Source: Zancudomyces culisetae HAW-14-8 (Eukaryota; Fungi; Kickxellomycota). Taken from it: a stretch of DNA of 64,000 nucleotides. The notes under the pieces are model-generated. The model did no database searches and had not been told where the DNA came from. It saw only the letters and a list, made by a program, of their open reading frames with translations. This document shows positions 1-12,045 of the stretch, one piece after another. The first letter of the stretch is position 1, and every line of letters begins with the position of its first letter. A program made the position numbers and the translations under genes. The stretch is from contig JBNJNM010000006.1 of assembly GCA_052426225.1 (NCBI GenBank), positions 496,001-560,000 of the forward strand, written 5' to 3'.

Positions 1-722
1 AAGGTGCTCCATTTGTCAACGGTTCCCCCCAAAACACTTTGGTTCCAGGTGTCATTGAGTTATCCGCAAGCAAGAACTGCTTTGTAGGAGGTGATGATTT
101 CAAGACTGGACAAACCAAAATCAAGTCAGTTTTGACTGAATTTTTGGTCAACGCTGGAATTAAGCCTGTTGCTATTACCAGCTACAACCACTTGGGTAAC
201 AACGATGGCTACAACCTCTCTGCTCCTGCTCAATTCCGTTCTAAAGAAATCAGTAAGAGCAACGTAGTCGACGACATGGTCTCTGCCAACCACCTTCTCT
301 ATAAGAAGGGCGAGCACCCCGATCACACCATCGTCATCAAGTATGTTCCTTCCGTTGGTGACTCAAAGCGCGCTCTCGACGAATACGTCTCCGAGATCTT
401 CATGGGTGGTCTCAGCACCATTTCCATCTACAACACTTGTGAGGATTCTCTTCTTGCCTCTCCTCTCATCTTGGACTTGTTCATGGTCACTGAATTGATG
501 ACCCGTGTTGAATACCGTGTTGATTCAAGCGCCAACTGGGAACCATTCCATTCTGTTCTCTCTATCCTGTCCTACATGCTCAAGGCTCCTGTTGTTCCTC
601 CAAACACACCAGTAGTCAATGCTCTTTCCAAGCAAAGAGCTGCCATGGAAAACATCATGCGTGCATTCATTGGCTTGCCTCCAAACAACGATATGCTTCT
701 TGAACATGTAACTAAGCAATAA
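1..722 (+). CDS. INO1: Myo-inositol-1-phosphate synthase, 5'-truncated by window edge
   Basis: Frame open from position 3 ([12 protein letters not shown]). Contains MIPS motifs [30 protein letters not shown]. Confidence 0.97.
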   Translation, partial: GAPFVNGSPQNTLVPGVIELSASKNCFVGGDDFKTGQTKIKSVLTEFLVNAGIKPVAITSYNHLGNNDGYNLSAPAQFRSKEISKSNVVDDMVSANHLLYKKGEHPDHTIVIKYVPSVGDSKRALDEYVSEIFMGGLSTISIYNTCEDSLLASPLILDLFMVTELMTRVEYRVDSSANWEPFHSVLSILSYMLKAPVVPPNTPVVNALSKQRAAMENIMRAFIGLPPNNDMLLEHVTKQ

Positions 723-1197
723 TCCCATTTGCTCATACTTTTTTTTGACTTTTTTTTTTGTTTTCAAATTGGTAAATAAAACTTTTTTTTTTGGTCGCAT
801 TCAACCCCCCATATTCTTTTTTTTTTGTCGACCTTGAAATTCGATTTAATTCCATGATATTCCACGAACCAGGAATTCCACAACACACCATATCCAAAAT
901 ATCGATTTTTGCGTCCAGGAAAGAAAAAAAGAAAGAAGTGGAGGAGGAGAGGAAAGAGAGGGAAAAAAAAAGTTAGAATGGGTGTGTGCAAATAAACACA
1001 GCCAAAATGCCCCCCACAAGCCTGATGCACCCAACAGTCAAAACTTTTTGGCTATATAACTACCATTTTGAACGAACTCTTTTTCTTCCTGTTTTGAACC
1101 AGACGACTATCATTTCAAACAAATATTATATTTGTCCATTTTGGTAGACACCTTTAGTAAATCGTATCATTCTAACAGATAAAAACTCGAAGCAAGG

Positions 1198-2352
1198 ATG
1201 GAGCAAGTAGAAATGTTGAATCCAGAAAACCCTAGGGTTTTCCTTGACATCACTGTAGGCGGAGAATTTGTAGGACGCATATTGATAGAACTGTATTCTG
1301 ACAAAGTCCCCAAAACCTGCGACAACTTCAAAACACTGTGTGTCGGAAACGAAGTATCGAAAGTCAGTGGAAGACAACTGAGTTTCAAGGACAGCTCCTT
1401 CCACAGAGTGATAAAGAAATTCATGATTCAGGGTGGAGATTTTACTGCCGGAAACGGCACTGGTGGCGAAAGCATCTACGGGGAGAAATTTGAAGACGAA
1501 GCCTTTGTCTACAATCACGATAAGCCATTCCTACTTAGCATGGCCAATGCTGGTCCAAACACCAATGGGTCGCAGTTCTTCATAACCACTGTCCCAACTC
1601 CACATTTGGATGGTAAACATGTAGTGTTTGGTCAAGTACTGAAAGGGTTTGATGTGGTTCGTGAAATCGAAAACACAAAGACCGATAGTAACGATAGACC
1701 CTTAAAGGAGTGCCTAATATCCGACTGTGGGGTATTAGAAAGCGGAGCTGATGATCAAGTAGATAAACTAAACTACTTGGAAGGTGATATTTACCCAGCA
1801 TATCCAGAAGATTACAAATTGGACAGAGATGAGGATGACGCTATTCCAGCCAAAAAAGTGCTTGAAATCAGTTCCAGGCTTAAAGATTCGGGTACTAGCT
1901 ACCTAAAGAAGGGTGAGTACAAGTCAGCTTTGAAGCTGTTCACCAAGGCTATCCGCTACATGGATGAATACCCTGTATTTGATACTACCGTTGATCCCGA
2001 AGGCAAACTCAAGCCCAAATTCATGGCCTTGAAGGTTCCCATATATTCAAACACAGCTCTGGCTTTCCTGAAGCTTTCCGATTATGATAATTGTATAAAC
2101 AGAATCACTTGTTTGTTGGAGCTTGAGGACGAAACACCACTTTCCAACGAAATAAAGACCAAAGCCTATTATCGCAGAGGGGTTTGTTACCGCCACAAAA
2201 AGATGGAAAGTGAAAGCATGTCCGATTTGTCCGCAGCTCAGAAGCTTTCGCCTGAGGATAAGGCCATTTCAAATGAACTTGTTCTTTTAAAGCACGAGAT
2301 TAAACTGCGCTCCATTCAAGAAAGAAAAATGTATGCCAACCTCTTTTCTTAA
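1198..2352 (+). CDS. CPR6: Cyclophilin-40 type PPIase (cyclophilin domain + C-terminal TPR)
   Basis: [43 protein letters not shown], followed by TPR helices (KAYYRRG) and C-terminal KMYANLF. Confidence 0.93.
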   Translation: MEQVEMLNPENPRVFLDITVGGEFVGRILIELYSDKVPKTCDNFKTLCVGNEVSKVSGRQLSFKDSSFHRVIKKFMIQGGDFTAGNGTGGESIYGEKFEDEAFVYNHDKPFLLSMANAGPNTNGSQFFITTVPTPHLDGKHVVFGQVLKGFDVVREIENTKTDSNDRPLKECLISDCGVLESGADDQVDKLNYLEGDIYPAYPEDYKLDRDEDDAIPAKKVLEISSRLKDSGTSYLKKGEYKSALKLFTKAIRYMDEYPVFDTTVDPEGKLKPKFMALKVPIYSNTALAFLKLSDYDNCINRITCLLELEDETPLSNEIKTKAYYRRGVCYRHKKMESESMSDLSAAQKLSPEDKAISNELVLLKHEIKLRSIQERKMYANLFS

Positions 2353-2532
2353 GCCTCATTTGGTATTCTATTTCCTCTTTATTACCATTTTCTTTTTATA
2401 TATATAAAATAAAAATGGGAGGGATCTGAAGTACATTTAAAAAGCATTTAGTATGCTACTTGTTAAATAAAACGTAAAATCAACTTTTTTTAATTGAAAA
2501 GAGAATTAAGCAAAGAGAAATGTTACACCTAT

Positions 2533-2817
2533 TCAGGAAGTCTTTTCTTTATATATAAATCTTTCATTTCCTTCAATGCTCAATATACCCATTGTCGCAT
2601 AGTACACAACTATCGCTAATATCAGTACCACTACAATCCCTGAAATTATCGCTGGCGTGGCCCAATCCAAAAAATACAGATCCGATGATTGTGAAGGCGC
2701 TTTTGTGATAGAACTGACGATAGAGGATATCGTTGAGGTAGCTAGGCTTGTGCTTGTGCTTGTACTTATGCTTGTACTTGTATCTGAAAGTGAACTGGAT
2801 AGTGCCATTGTTGACAT
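2533..2817 (-). CDS. Small Ser/Thr-rich single-pass membrane protein with Ac45/Voa1-like TM segment
   Basis: 94 aa. WATPAIISGIVVVLILAIVVYYATMGILSIEGNERF resembles the ATP6AP1/Voa1 C-terminal pattern (F.PGIWMGL...L.M..SL...DRF). No long luminal domain. Confidence 0.6.
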   Translation of the reverse strand: MSTMALSSSLSDTSTSISTSTSTSLATSTISSIVSSITKAPSQSSDLYFLDWATPAIISGIVVVLILAIVVYYATMGILSIEGNERFIYKEKTS

Positions 2818-3286
2818 GTCTACTTTTGATTTTATCGTCGAAAATCGTTTCTCGTATTTTTTTCCCAGACTTCTATATCGCTATCTGGTTACCACAATTA
2901 TTTCACTTTTTAGCTCGTAGATGCAAGAATTTAGTATTAGTAATTTTATACCACAGCTGTTATGGTATAACTATCGCTGTTCAATCCTTAATTTACTATT
3001 GCTGTGTTTATTTAACAAATGGTTAGAGACATTTTTCACCAAAAAAAAAAAATACACCGGAAATGTAATTTATCTTTTGTAAATAAAATAAAAGCTGGAC
3101 TCAGTCCAAAGCTGCAATCTCATTTGCTTGCTTTTGAAAATCGCTTTGCTCTTTTTTTCAGTAGCGAAAATTTATGCATCTACATTTGCCATTACATTTT
3201 TTTTACCAGTTGAATAACATAACTTTTGTTCTTGCTCCAAGAAAGAATAATAAAAAACAATTCAAGAAACACAAAGCGGGATACAA

Positions 3287-5939
3287 ATGACCTCCGAAAA
3301 AGAGTCCATCAGAAATTTTAGCATTGGCATCTTGGGTCATGTAGATTCAGGAAAAACCTCTCTAGGTACAAATCTTACTACCTTTGTTCTACAGCTACTT
3401 GATATACCTTTAGGACCACCATTCACTGTTGATAAGCTGTGTGGTGAGAATTGGTCTTGTTTAGATGCATTTTAAAACCAGTCTATTACAGTGCCAGATA
3501 TCTTTTATTTGCGAGATAGAATATGTACCGATCCAATACTCATAAAACACATATCAATACATTAGCAAAGGTACTGAGCACCAAAAGCTCCACTGCTGCC
3601 TTCGATAAAAGCCCACAAAGTCAGGATAGAGGTATTACTCTGGATGTTGGCTTTTCTTCATTTGAAATAGTTAGCGACGGTGATAAAAAAGGTTTGGTCT
3701 CATATTATTCTACTCAATTGTACGTATATTCGAAACCACCTCAAGTATACCGCCAAACTTTGTGCATATATTCTCTACTTATGTGTATATTTATTAGTCG
3801 AAATAACTATTGTTGATTGTCCTGGACATGCCTCGCTCGTACGAACTGTGATTGGAGGTTGGTTACTAGCTTCTCGTATTTTATAACCGTGCTACACACC
3901 CACACATACATAATATTTAGTTATTCATCTATTTATCCTTTCTTACGCTTCTTATCTTGTTTTTTTTTAGGTTCGCAAATAATAGATGCTGCAATATTGG
4001 TAATTGATATTAACAAGGGTATACAAACCCAGACCGCTGAGGTACGTTATTTCTAAGTACACACATTCTTTTTCCTGTTTAGTATCTTAGCATTGAGGAA
4101 TACTTTTTTTTTTGTTACTAGTGTATATTCACAATCCCACAGGTTTTTTATATATAATTTTAGTGTTTGGTGTTGGCAGAAATCACTGAAAGACCGCTTA
4201 TAATAGTTCTAAACAAGATTGATCTGCTCCCGCTCGACAAACGCGCGGATAGAATCAAAAAAGTGACGAAAAATCTTCAAAAAACATTAAAAGATGCAGG
4301 ATACTCGGACTGTGAGATTGTCCCAATATCGACCGTTGTAACAGAAAGTGGATTTTGGGGTAAAGACGAACTAGTGAATGCGATAGAAAAGTCATATAGA
4401 AAATCTTTATCAGTTGATAATGATAGAAAATCTCTGGATTCTAAAATGTGCTTAATGTCTTTTGATCATTGTTTTGCCCTGCGTGGACAGGGAACGGTAT
4501 TAACGGGAACAATGCTGCAAGGAAAACTCGCTGTTGGTGATGTAATAACACAACCTTATTAATTGCAGTAGCACCGTACGCTCACATAGCCGATTTAATA
4601 ATTATATTTGGTCTTTTTTCAACATAGGTTGTAGAAATCCTGCCCATAAAGCTGGAGCGAAAGGTGAAGTCAATTCAGCGATTTAAGGCGCCCGTGGATA
4701 GTATATCCTCAGGCGACAGGGCAGGAGTTTGTGTAACAAAGATAGATGCATCTGATCTCGAGCGTGGACTACTTGTGTCACCGCCCGGGGGTGGTGGCAC
4801 AGTGACATTGTCTTCTGGTTGTATAATAGAGATATCTCAAGTCAGGTTTTATAAGGGAGAAATCAGATCTCATTCAAATTTCCATATCAGCATTGGCTAT
4901 GAAACTACAGTGGGAAAAGTGACTTTATTCGGAGCTCCAAAATCCGCACCAAAACCAACTGCGGACGACTTTTTTAGATATGAGTTTGAGGCCATCGATG
5001 CTATATCTAGCACCAACCCCCAAAATATTAAGAAAGCTGGTCAGTACGACGATAAACCCCCAAAGTACACATCCGAATCTTACTACACATATGCAATGAT
5101 CGAATGGAAAACCGATATGTACATTCCCAACTCATCCCTAATCATTGGGTCCAAGTTGGACTCTGACCCAAGTAATTTTTATATATTTTTATATATTTTT
5201 TAATATTTTTTTACCTCACTGTATTTCATATGCAAGCAAATCGATAAAATGATATATAAACCTAATATTTGTAAAATAGGTCTTAATGTCTGTAGGTTGG
5301 CATTCTATGGTAGGGTTTTTAAGCCCATACACGGAAAACATAGTCCCGGGTTTATACAACAGGGTATCAGCTTGTTTACTGTTAAACATAAATCTGCAGA
5401 GATTTTTAGGGTGAGACTGCTGTGTTTTAAGTATTTTTTTACTATTAAATACTTGTATTCATTACATTTGCTTAATTCTATCACTTACCATCTTTTTTTC
5501 CACTTTTTTTGCCTAGGTCATTGACGATACCTTGTTGATTGCAAAAGGAAGTATAAACTCCACTAATATTCCATTTTATGACGGCTTTCGAGTCGATTTG
5601 ATTGAAGGTAACCAACAATCTCTGTACATATTGTTTAAAACTGGTTGAAATACAAAAACTTCAAAATATGCAAACTTTTTAATTTTATTAGTTTCTTCAG
5701 GAGAGGTTTTGTGTACAGGCACAATAAGTGGGTTGTTTGGAAAATCAGACAAATTTAGAGTCCAATTTCCCACATCAGCCAACCTCTCCTTGTACCTGGG
5801 CCAGTCAAAAAAGACTAAAGCACCTCAACAACAACAACAGAAACAAAAATCCCCTCAATGCATGCTATTGATAAAATACAGAAAATTCTTAAACTCAGCT
5901 TTGGCCCATAAAAAGATCGACCAAAAGTTCACTTCTTAG
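3287..5939 (+). CDS. EEFSEC: Selenocysteine-specific translation elongation factor eEFSec (9 exons)
   Basis: Exons 3287-3365, 3566-3691, 3798-3857, 3971-4041, 4164-4541, 4628-5171, 5280-5410, 5517-5607, 5692-5939, all GT-AG and in frame. Motifs GHVDSGKTSL, STAAFDKSPQSQDRGITLDVGFS, DCPGHASLVRTVIGGSQIID, GIQTQTAECL, NKID, DHCFALRGQGTV, KVKSIQ, GDRAG, IGSKLD, CRLAFYG, FGKSDKF. Confidence 0.95.
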
Positions 5940-6361
5940 TTTGGTTTCTGCGCTTTTACGAATGTACTGTTTATAAACAATCCTCATTCGCATCTACATA
6001 TCTTTTTTCCCCCCACTCAATATGGGGAATATAGAGCAGATAGAGATACACAAATGCCACACCTCGCATATGTTCAGACACAAACCCAAACATTATTATT
6101 TATACAAAAACTAAAATTAGGTTTGTATAGGGACATTTGACTGGATTCTCACCCAGTACTTGTGAACTTTTCACTATAATTCACAAATTTGACCCAGCTC
6201 CGTAACAATACAATGCTTATATCGCATAAAAAGTGAAATTTATTTAATTCGATCCTTTTCAAAATACGTTCAACTCGTATATGCAAAACTGAGTATTAAA
6301 GAAAGAAAAAAGATTATAGTTCACCTTCACACAAAGAAGAACAATGTTATATTCATCTTCA

Positions 6362-6844
6362 TTAGCCCTTCATCTTCATAACTGTTTGTACGACTGACAT
6401 CATCATATCCTTTTGACCACCAGAACCGGCGCCACCACTCTTTCCAAGAAGAGCCATTCCCTCCTTAATAGCCATACTAATAATACTTTCAATTCCTTTT
6501 CCTCCACCTCCCCCACCAAACTTGTTCATGATTTCATAGGCAGCTGCCATACCCATCATTTTGTTTGTCATATCCTGTAACCCACCACCTTGCTTGTATG
6601 CCATGTCATGTGCCTGTTGGATTTCTGAGTGCGATGGTTCTCCCCCAGACATAGATCCAGCCATGCTCATCATCTTTTGAATCGCAGCCTTCTCGATACC
6701 ACCACCACCTCCTCCTCCTCCTCCACTCATCAATCCTGATGCTATTGCGCCAAAGTCTATTCCTCCAGAGTGTTGCTGTTGATCTCCCTCTTTACCCTGG
6801 TTAAGTGCTCCTTCTGCAAGCTTTGCGAGATTTGAAAAATCCAT
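6362..6844 (-). CDS. Gly/Met-rich small protein with fungal helical domain (AH..AY...MG.AAA motif; DUF7721-like, tentative)
   Basis: 160-aa intronless ORF with coding-like composition. Core EIQQAHDMAY...MMGMAAAYEIMNKF...IISMAIKEG. Confidence 0.8.
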   Translation of the reverse strand: MDFSNLAKLAEGALNQGKEGDQQQHSGGIDFGAIASGLMSGGGGGGGGGIEKAAIQKMMSMAGSMSGGEPSHSEIQQAHDMAYKQGGGLQDMTNKMMGMAAAYEIMNKFGGGGGGKGIESIISMAIKEGMALLGKSGGAGSGGQKDMMMSVVQTVMKMKG

Positions 6845-7727
6845 TTTCCTTACTTTTTTGATAATTTGTATTAGATAAACTCTAGAGCTGGTTCAAGTGA
6901 AAAGAAATAAAAAAATATAAATATGACATTTCTGAGGAAGATGTCTCATATTTATACGGGAAGTGAGTCTGACAAACATCCTTCCTCTCAACATGTGATA
7001 GAACAAACCCACCCTCTAAACAATGCCTTAGTTTTTCTGAATTGATTTTTTTTTTCATGCATGATAACTTGAACTGCATATCCCTATTTTTTCCAATTTT
7101 GCGCCTAAATATTGCTTTCACCCAACCCTTATATGCTTATTAGATTGCGCAATTAAGTTTGTAAAGTTGGACCAGATTAGCGTTATCAAAACAAGCAAGG
7201 CTGAGGTAGATTAAGCGGTGGTAAATTGAGGAGGATTCTTGATACACAATTCCGCATATCCAAACACTATTTTTTGATTTGGAAAAGGCTACTTGAATTC
7301 AAACTTACCCTATCATCAACCACGCATAAACTCTAAATGCGAAAAAAAGAAAAGCAACAAAGATACAATTTTAAACTGCTTCTTTTATCACACAAATACA
7401 TCTCATTCCCTTACTTCATAAATGCCACAAAGTGCTTTTTATGGAAAATATTCTCTTCCAATAGTGGTAAATAGTGGCGATAAAAATATCTTGCTTCAAC
7501 AAAAATATAAAAGCACTCTAAACGTAGGGCTGGGATTCGAATATATTACTTGGACATCAACTAACAAAAATTTATAAGCTAATATTTTTCACCATTAGGT
7601 GTTTTTAGCAGAAAATAAAGCCAGTCTTGGTACTGATTTGAAATATAAAGTACGCTTGAAAAATAATAAAAAGCTATTGTAGTGTTGTGACGCATATCAT
7701 ATGCGAAAGAGGAGGGAGGAGATACAT

Positions 7728-8528
7728 TTATATGGATTTTTCATTAAAATAGTCTTGAAATATCTGTTTTACTTTGTCCATGTCTTCTCTAATCACCATG
7801 ATGTTAAAATCATTTGTAATTTTTTCGTGCAACTCCAAAAACTCTTTGGTGGTGTCAACTACAAGGTCATAAGTTGTATCAAATATTTGTTTAGTTCCAT
7901 CTCCTGTGATACATTCAGAGTAGAATGTATACGCACTTTCTCTGAAGGATTTTATTTCAGGATTAACATCACCTATTCTCTTGTGTACCACTGAAATGTA
8001 CAAAAGAAAGTCCATTAGGTAGTAATGAAAATCAATATAAAAGTCCTTCATGTGTTTCATGTATACATCCAAGTCCGCAGTCTTTAGACTGCTAATGTTT
8101 GTTCTAATGTGGCTTAATACCTGATGGCTTGGTTTTGAGTACAATTCAAACACATTGTTTTTAAAATCAGCAACAAGTATACTTAATGCCTCTACACCAG
8201 GTGCCGTGTCCGCCATGAAATCTGTGTATCTATCTCTTGCACTTTGTATTTCGGTTGAGATGCGCGAGGCTTCTTCATAACTAAAGTTCTCGTAGTACGT
8301 GTTGGCACACTTTTCAATAGCAAAGGCAACACATTTGAATGAATCAACACCACCGCGTACATTTCTGTACTTTCCATGCTCCATATCGTCATGAGACTCG
8401 CGCCTTTGTATAGTTTTCGATTTTCCTACAACCATATGGGCTTGAAAGAGAACGATGTTGAGTGCTAGTAATGAAATAAAACTAGTAGTATATATACTAT
8501 TCATGCTGTTATCCAAAAAAGTATACAT
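7728..8528 (-). CDS. Predicted secreted, alpha-helical protein of unknown function
   Basis: 266-aa ORF. Hydrophobic N-terminal segment (FISLLALNIVLFQAHMVVG) followed by a dibasic QRR site. No recognised family. Confidence 0.7.
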   Translation of the reverse strand: MYTFLDNSMNSIYTTSFISLLALNIVLFQAHMVVGKSKTIQRRESHDDMEHGKYRNVRGGVDSFKCVAFAIEKCANTYYENFSYEEASRISTEIQSARDRYTDFMADTAPGVEALSILVADFKNNVFELYSKPSHQVLSHIRTNISSLKTADLDVYMKHMKDFYIDFHYYLMDFLLYISVVHKRIGDVNPEIKSFRESAYTFYSECITGDGTKQIFDTTYDLVVDTTKEFLELHEKITNDFNIMVIREDMDKVKQIFQDYFNEKSI

Positions 8529-9455
8529 ATAGTTTTAGATTTTTATCCTGCTTGAATAATGTGTTTAGTTGTGACAATTTCTTGGGTTTGTGGTGAAATA
8601 TATATACTTTTCTTTATTAAACGCTGTTTATACTGGGGTAAATTTGACAGTACTATTTTTGAGCGACAGTAGAGCAAAGAACTGATTCTAAAGTACTCAC
8701 GGTATATCCATTCTTTCACTTTTGTTGTACATTTACCACATCCCCTTACGCTCTTTAAATGAGGCTAGTAAAGTGTGTACCATATGATATTTGAGTATAC
8801 TTTTACTTGTATATTTTTTTATATTCTGTTTACTATTCATGTACAGGTACATAAAAACATCATCCACGTGCTTTGTGAGAACGAATGATGTGTTTTTGTT
8901 TAGCACCAAAAGTGAACAAGAAAAAATAGCTATACAACTCACTGATGCTTATGTTCAGGTAGGCTGCATCCTGCCAAATTCTTTTACAATAAACAAAGGC
9001 GCATCCCTATACAGTACCATTAACAAGAGTTGTGAGCATTAACCCTTTATGATGCATTAAACGATTATAACCATATACACTGGTTGCGGTTTTGTTTTAT
9101 GGTGGACGTATAAACATTGACTAAAAACTAATTACAACAACAGAGTCCCTTTTTGATGTTTTTACGATTTCGTCGCATGATGTATGTTGCACAGAAAATG
9201 CTTTATTCTCAAGGGTATTAAACTTTTCGTGTGATAGACACCACTATCCTTCCTGTCGATACTTGATAAATATTTTGGTAAAAAACAGAAAGAGGGAAAA
9301 GTATTAAACTTAAAACAGCAACTAGAACATAAATAAAATATTAAAAAACCCACAGGAGAACATAACGCATTTTGATGGATACAGAAGATGTCTAGCCAGA
9401 GAGAAAGCAAAAACACGATGTCTCATTGTGGATGCCTAGATAGGTGTTTTTCAAG

Positions 9456-11523
9456 CTAATAGTTTTCGGATGATTGAGAAACGATGCCCTTAACCGTATT
9501 TAATGCAGAGGACGAGATGGCTTCAAGTTTACAATGTCCACCCTGGCTTGTAAATCTCTTGTGGATGCTTGTAGCTTCGTTAATTACGGAAGCCACTACC
9601 AATTCATCTGAAACTCTTCCTCTTGAAACATCTTGCATTTCACCAAGAACTTTTACAGCAACAGCTTGACCCATGTACTCTGGTGAAAAGCCTGTCAGAT
9701 CATTCGTCCGCTACGTTTGTTTACAAGGATTAGAGTTTGGCGTATAAAGATAAAGCTGTACACACAAATATGAGAACAACATAAAGATAAATGTACTTAC
9801 ATAAACGCGATTGTATGCCTCATTCGCCTCGTTGTAATCCACCGCTGTCGCAAAGCTATCGAGATCTCGTTTGGAACCACCACCCATTAGCCCTCCAAGA
9901 AGCTATTTTTTTTGTGTACTCGATGTAGTTAAAATGTTAATATACAAAAAAAAAGACCGAGAAAAAGAACTTACACTTGAAATCATATCACCCCCACCTC
10001 CGCCAGAACTTCCACCACTTGGTTTACCACCACCAAATAATGAAGCTGCCATGCCTAACATTTGCATGGGGTTACTTCCACCTCCACCTCCACCTCCACC
10101 CCCGCTGCTTCCACTTGAAGTTCCTCCTAGCATACCCAAGATCTTTCCTATGTCAAACCCAGAAGAGCCCGAGCTGCCACCCCCACCTCCACCTCCTGAA
10201 GCCATTCCACCAAGAAGTGGTGTTAGTCCAGCTGCCAAACCAGCAAGCGACCCAAGACTCAACCCTCCAGGCAGCGACATTCCACCACCCCCACCACCAC
10301 CGCTGCTACCACCATGGTTTCCACCGCCCCCTGAGCCAGAGTTCGACTGGGATGGTTGAGGCTGTGATCCACTGCTGCTTCCGCCATAGTATGACGAGGG
10401 TTTCGGACCTCCACTCTGTAAAGGAGGAGGAGTGCTTTGGGAACCTCCTCCATAGCCACCTTGTGAGCCTTGGGGTCTTGGGCCACCACCGTATCCCCCT
10501 GGAGGCCCTTGTGGTCGCGGGCCTGGACCTCCTCCGTACCCACCTTGAGGGCCTTGAGGTCCTGGACCTCCTCCGTATCCCCCTGGAGGGCCTTGAGGTC
10601 GTGGACCACCCCCATATCCCCCTTGTGGTCCTGGGCTTGGGCTATGATTATTTCCATATCCTCCTTGAGGTCCTTGAGGTCCTGGACTACCACCGTATCC
10701 CCCTGGAGGGCCTTGTGGTCGCGGGCCTGGACCTCCTCCATATCCTCCTTGAGGGCCTTGAGGTCCTGGACCACCACCGTATCCCCCTGGAGGGCCTTGA
10801 GGTCGTGGACCACCCCCATATCCCCCTTGTGGTCCTGGGCTTGGGCTATGATTACTTCCATATCCTCCTTGTGGGCCCTGTGGTCGCGGACCTGAACCTC
10901 CTCCGTATCCTCCTTGAGGTCCTGGACCACCACCATACCCTCCTGGAATACCTTGGTATGGCGAGGATTCACCGTATGCGCCTAGTGATGCCTGAGACGC
11001 AGGAGCCCTTTCATAACCTCCTGAAAGACCATTATCTTCGTATTTTTTTGAGACACTTGGAAAGCCCACACCACCTTCTTGACCAGATTGTGAGGAACGC
11101 TGAGAAATCGAACTGTCCTCCATTTCGAACTGATTTTGTATTCCTCTATGGTGGCTGTGATTTCTGGGGAAATGCGGTGGTCGTTGTTCATGCCTATTAT
11201 TACTTCCGTACTCGGATTCATCTTGATATGTGTTGTCGGCTTGTTCCAAACCACGGGTGTTACTATTACTCCCAGAATTGTAAGCATTGCTTCCATCTTG
11301 ATCAAAAACTTCACCACCATAACTGGGATGAGGCATATAAGGACCCGAATTGTAATTGTTCGAGTACTGGCCCCCGTTTTCCCAACCTAAACGTATGAGT
11401 ATTACATAGGATTTCTAAAACTATCCAGCTATTACACCAAGTCGCTCTAAAAAGAGGGGGAAAATAGTGAAAGATGCTTTAAATTTTGTGTTTAACATTA
11501 CCTCTGTTATTGTCGTACGACAT
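9456..11523 (-). CDS. Large G/P/Q/Y-repeat, Gly-rich protein (~600 aa, 4 exons) with C-terminal helical domain related to the 6362-6844 protein
   Basis: Exons 11523-11502 (MSYDNNR), 11386-9975, 9902-9801, 9710-9456. Donors gtaatg/gtaagt/gtaagt and TAG acceptors keep the frame. Confidence 0.85.
10460..10945 (-). repeat. Coding tandem repeat (GPQGPQGGYGGGPGPRPQG-type units) with 204-bp higher-order period
   Basis: ccttgtggtcctgggcttgggctatgatta occurs at 10621 and 10825 (204 bp = 68 aa, NHSPSPG to NHSPSPG). Confidence 0.95.
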
Positions 11524-12045
11524 TGCTGTTCTGCTGCTAGTATATATTACACCTATATAAAATTTAAAAAACAGAGTTCGGTTTGCCTTGCTTTTTTTTC
11601 TGTAATTTGAAGAAACAGTCTTTTCAATGGTTGTTTATATTTGCAAACAACATTGTTTACACCATTTTTGTAACAAAATTGTTTAATTTACTTTATCATC
11701 CAAGAAATTACAAACGCGTGACCAAAATCCACGCAATCCCGATTAAACCTCCTAATTTCTATTGTTTTTTGTGGTAATCTCAAAAAGTCAACCACCAGCC
11801 AAAAAAAATAGCAAATCAAAATAAAGGACAAAAGTATCCCAAGATGCTCTGATTTCTTAGCAATTCCCACAACCCCCCCAAAAAAATGCAAACTGCTATG
11901 CTCATACCTTAATCTTACTACTTTTGATAAATTTTGGACCAATTATAGTTAGAGAATAACCATATCTCTATCATCGAGACTTGATTTTTAGGTGTAAATA
12001 AGCTTTATTCTTCAGCATATACACCCAAGCCACGAACCTAACAAA

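Noticed and set aside
9871-11398. Long + strand and alternate-frame ORFs (473, 237, 162, 141 aa) over the G/P/Q repeat gene
   Set aside because: Shadow ORFs caused by GC-rich repetitive codons. The minus frame has coherent splice sites and a domain.
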